Source of the DNA: a virus
Taxonomy: Duplodnaviria > Heunggongvirae > Uroviricota > Caudoviricetes
Virus record (IMG/VR): IMGVR_UViG_2541047926_000003
Coordinates: 1 to 5,849 of that record
DNA length: 5,849 nt
Reading direction: 5' to 3' (one strand)
The first letter of the stretch is position 1; the number at the start of each line of letters is the position of its first letter. The position numbers and the translations under genes were made by a program. Positions 5,257 to 5,849 of the stretch are shown piece after piece. The notes under the pieces were generated by a model. It searched no databases. It was not told the DNA's origin and was given only the letters and a program-made list of their open reading frames with translations.

Positions 5257-5711
5257 TACGCCTCCTGCTTGTCGCGCAGCAGCTGGAACTCGCAGCTCTG
5301 TGGAATAGTCAGGTGGCAACCAATATTCATCGCCCAGGCTTCAACCTTACACAGGAAGACATACATCTCTCCGGTATCAAGATCGGAGGTATGGCGTAAC
5401 GACTGGATAGTGGTGATATCACCGGTTACGACATCAACCAGGTCTTTGGTTTCATAACCGAGATATGTGTGTTTGAGAGCATCTTTTACCCAAGCTGGAG
5501 TGGCGAACGTTTTACCCCTGCTGATGAGGTATTCACTGATTTCGCTGTACCACATGTGGCTGAGTGCATTCTGGGAAAGACTGCGTCTCTCGCGCCACGG
5601 TTTAAGCATCATGCGAAAGCATTTTCCGTCCTCCAGATAAGGCTGGATCTGCTGACCGATAGCGGTGAAGTTACCGCGATGCAATTTGATGCCGTCTTGT
5701 GGGAGGTTCAC
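5256..5711 (-). CDS. ybcN: NinB/Orf-family protein (YbcN-like), 151 aa
   Basis: GTG start at 5711-5709 with GGAGGTG upstream and an in-frame TGA at 5717-5715 fixing the 5' limit. Contains [15 protein letters not shown], resembling the RNRSLDQNRKLW motif I recall in lambda NinB/Orf. Size and position upstream of ninE match DLP12 ybcN. Confidence 0.7.
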   Translation of the reverse strand: MNLPQDGIKLHRGNFTAIGQQIQPYLEDGKCFRMMLKPWRERRSLSQNALSHMWYSEISEYLISRGKTFATPAWVKDALKHTYLGYETKDLVDVVTGDITTIQSLRHTSDLDTGEMYVFLCKVEAWAMNIGCHLTIPQSCEFQLLRDKQEA

Positions 5712-5849
5712 GCTTCACCTCCGCAGAGGTCAAACGCTGGATGCAAAAAATCGCAGGTGCATCTCTGCATCTGTGAAGGGAGAAGAGAGTTTGGATTGTA
5801 TGTGCGCATAAACGTCCCCGTTTAGCGCAGAAGTCACCGGAGTTGTTCA

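Noticed and set aside
5712-5849. Upstream open frame running off the window end (…[23 protein letters not shown]…)
   Set aside because: It is in the -1 frame relative to ybcN, Cys/Arg-rich and not protein-like. The in-frame TGA at 5717-5715 shows that ybcN starts at the GTG, so the interval is treated as intergenic leader.

Overview
This 5.8-kb window reads as the nin / late-control / lysis / packaging junction of a lambdoid (lambda- or DLP12-like) enterobacterial prophage, with every phage gene on the minus strand. In the phage's transcription direction (high to low coordinates) the order is: NinB/YbcN-like protein, NinE, YbcO, Holliday-junction resolvase RusA, the 46-aa YlcG, a candidate Q late antiterminator, a ~300-bp late regulatory region, holin, lambda-R-type endolysin, Rz/Rz1 spanins, HNH endonuclease, a GC-rich inverted repeat (candidate cos or terminator), and the 5' end of a terminase small-subunit gene that runs off the window. 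The main finding is a visibly AT-rich two-gene cargo on the opposite (+) strand at 798-1985, inserted between the spanins and the HNH gene where lambda and DLP12 carry bor. It has its own Shine-Dalgarno sites and an intrinsic terminator, and encodes (A) an unknown 182-aa protein with an R-N-x3-H (HEPN-like) motif and (B) a 186-aa ClpP-like serine protease homologue that keeps Ser/His/Asp but lacks the N-terminal axial-gate segment. I regard this as a candidate undescribed accessory or defence module. All identifications come from reading the sequence and from memory of family sequences; no database search or computation was possible, so family names are provisional.
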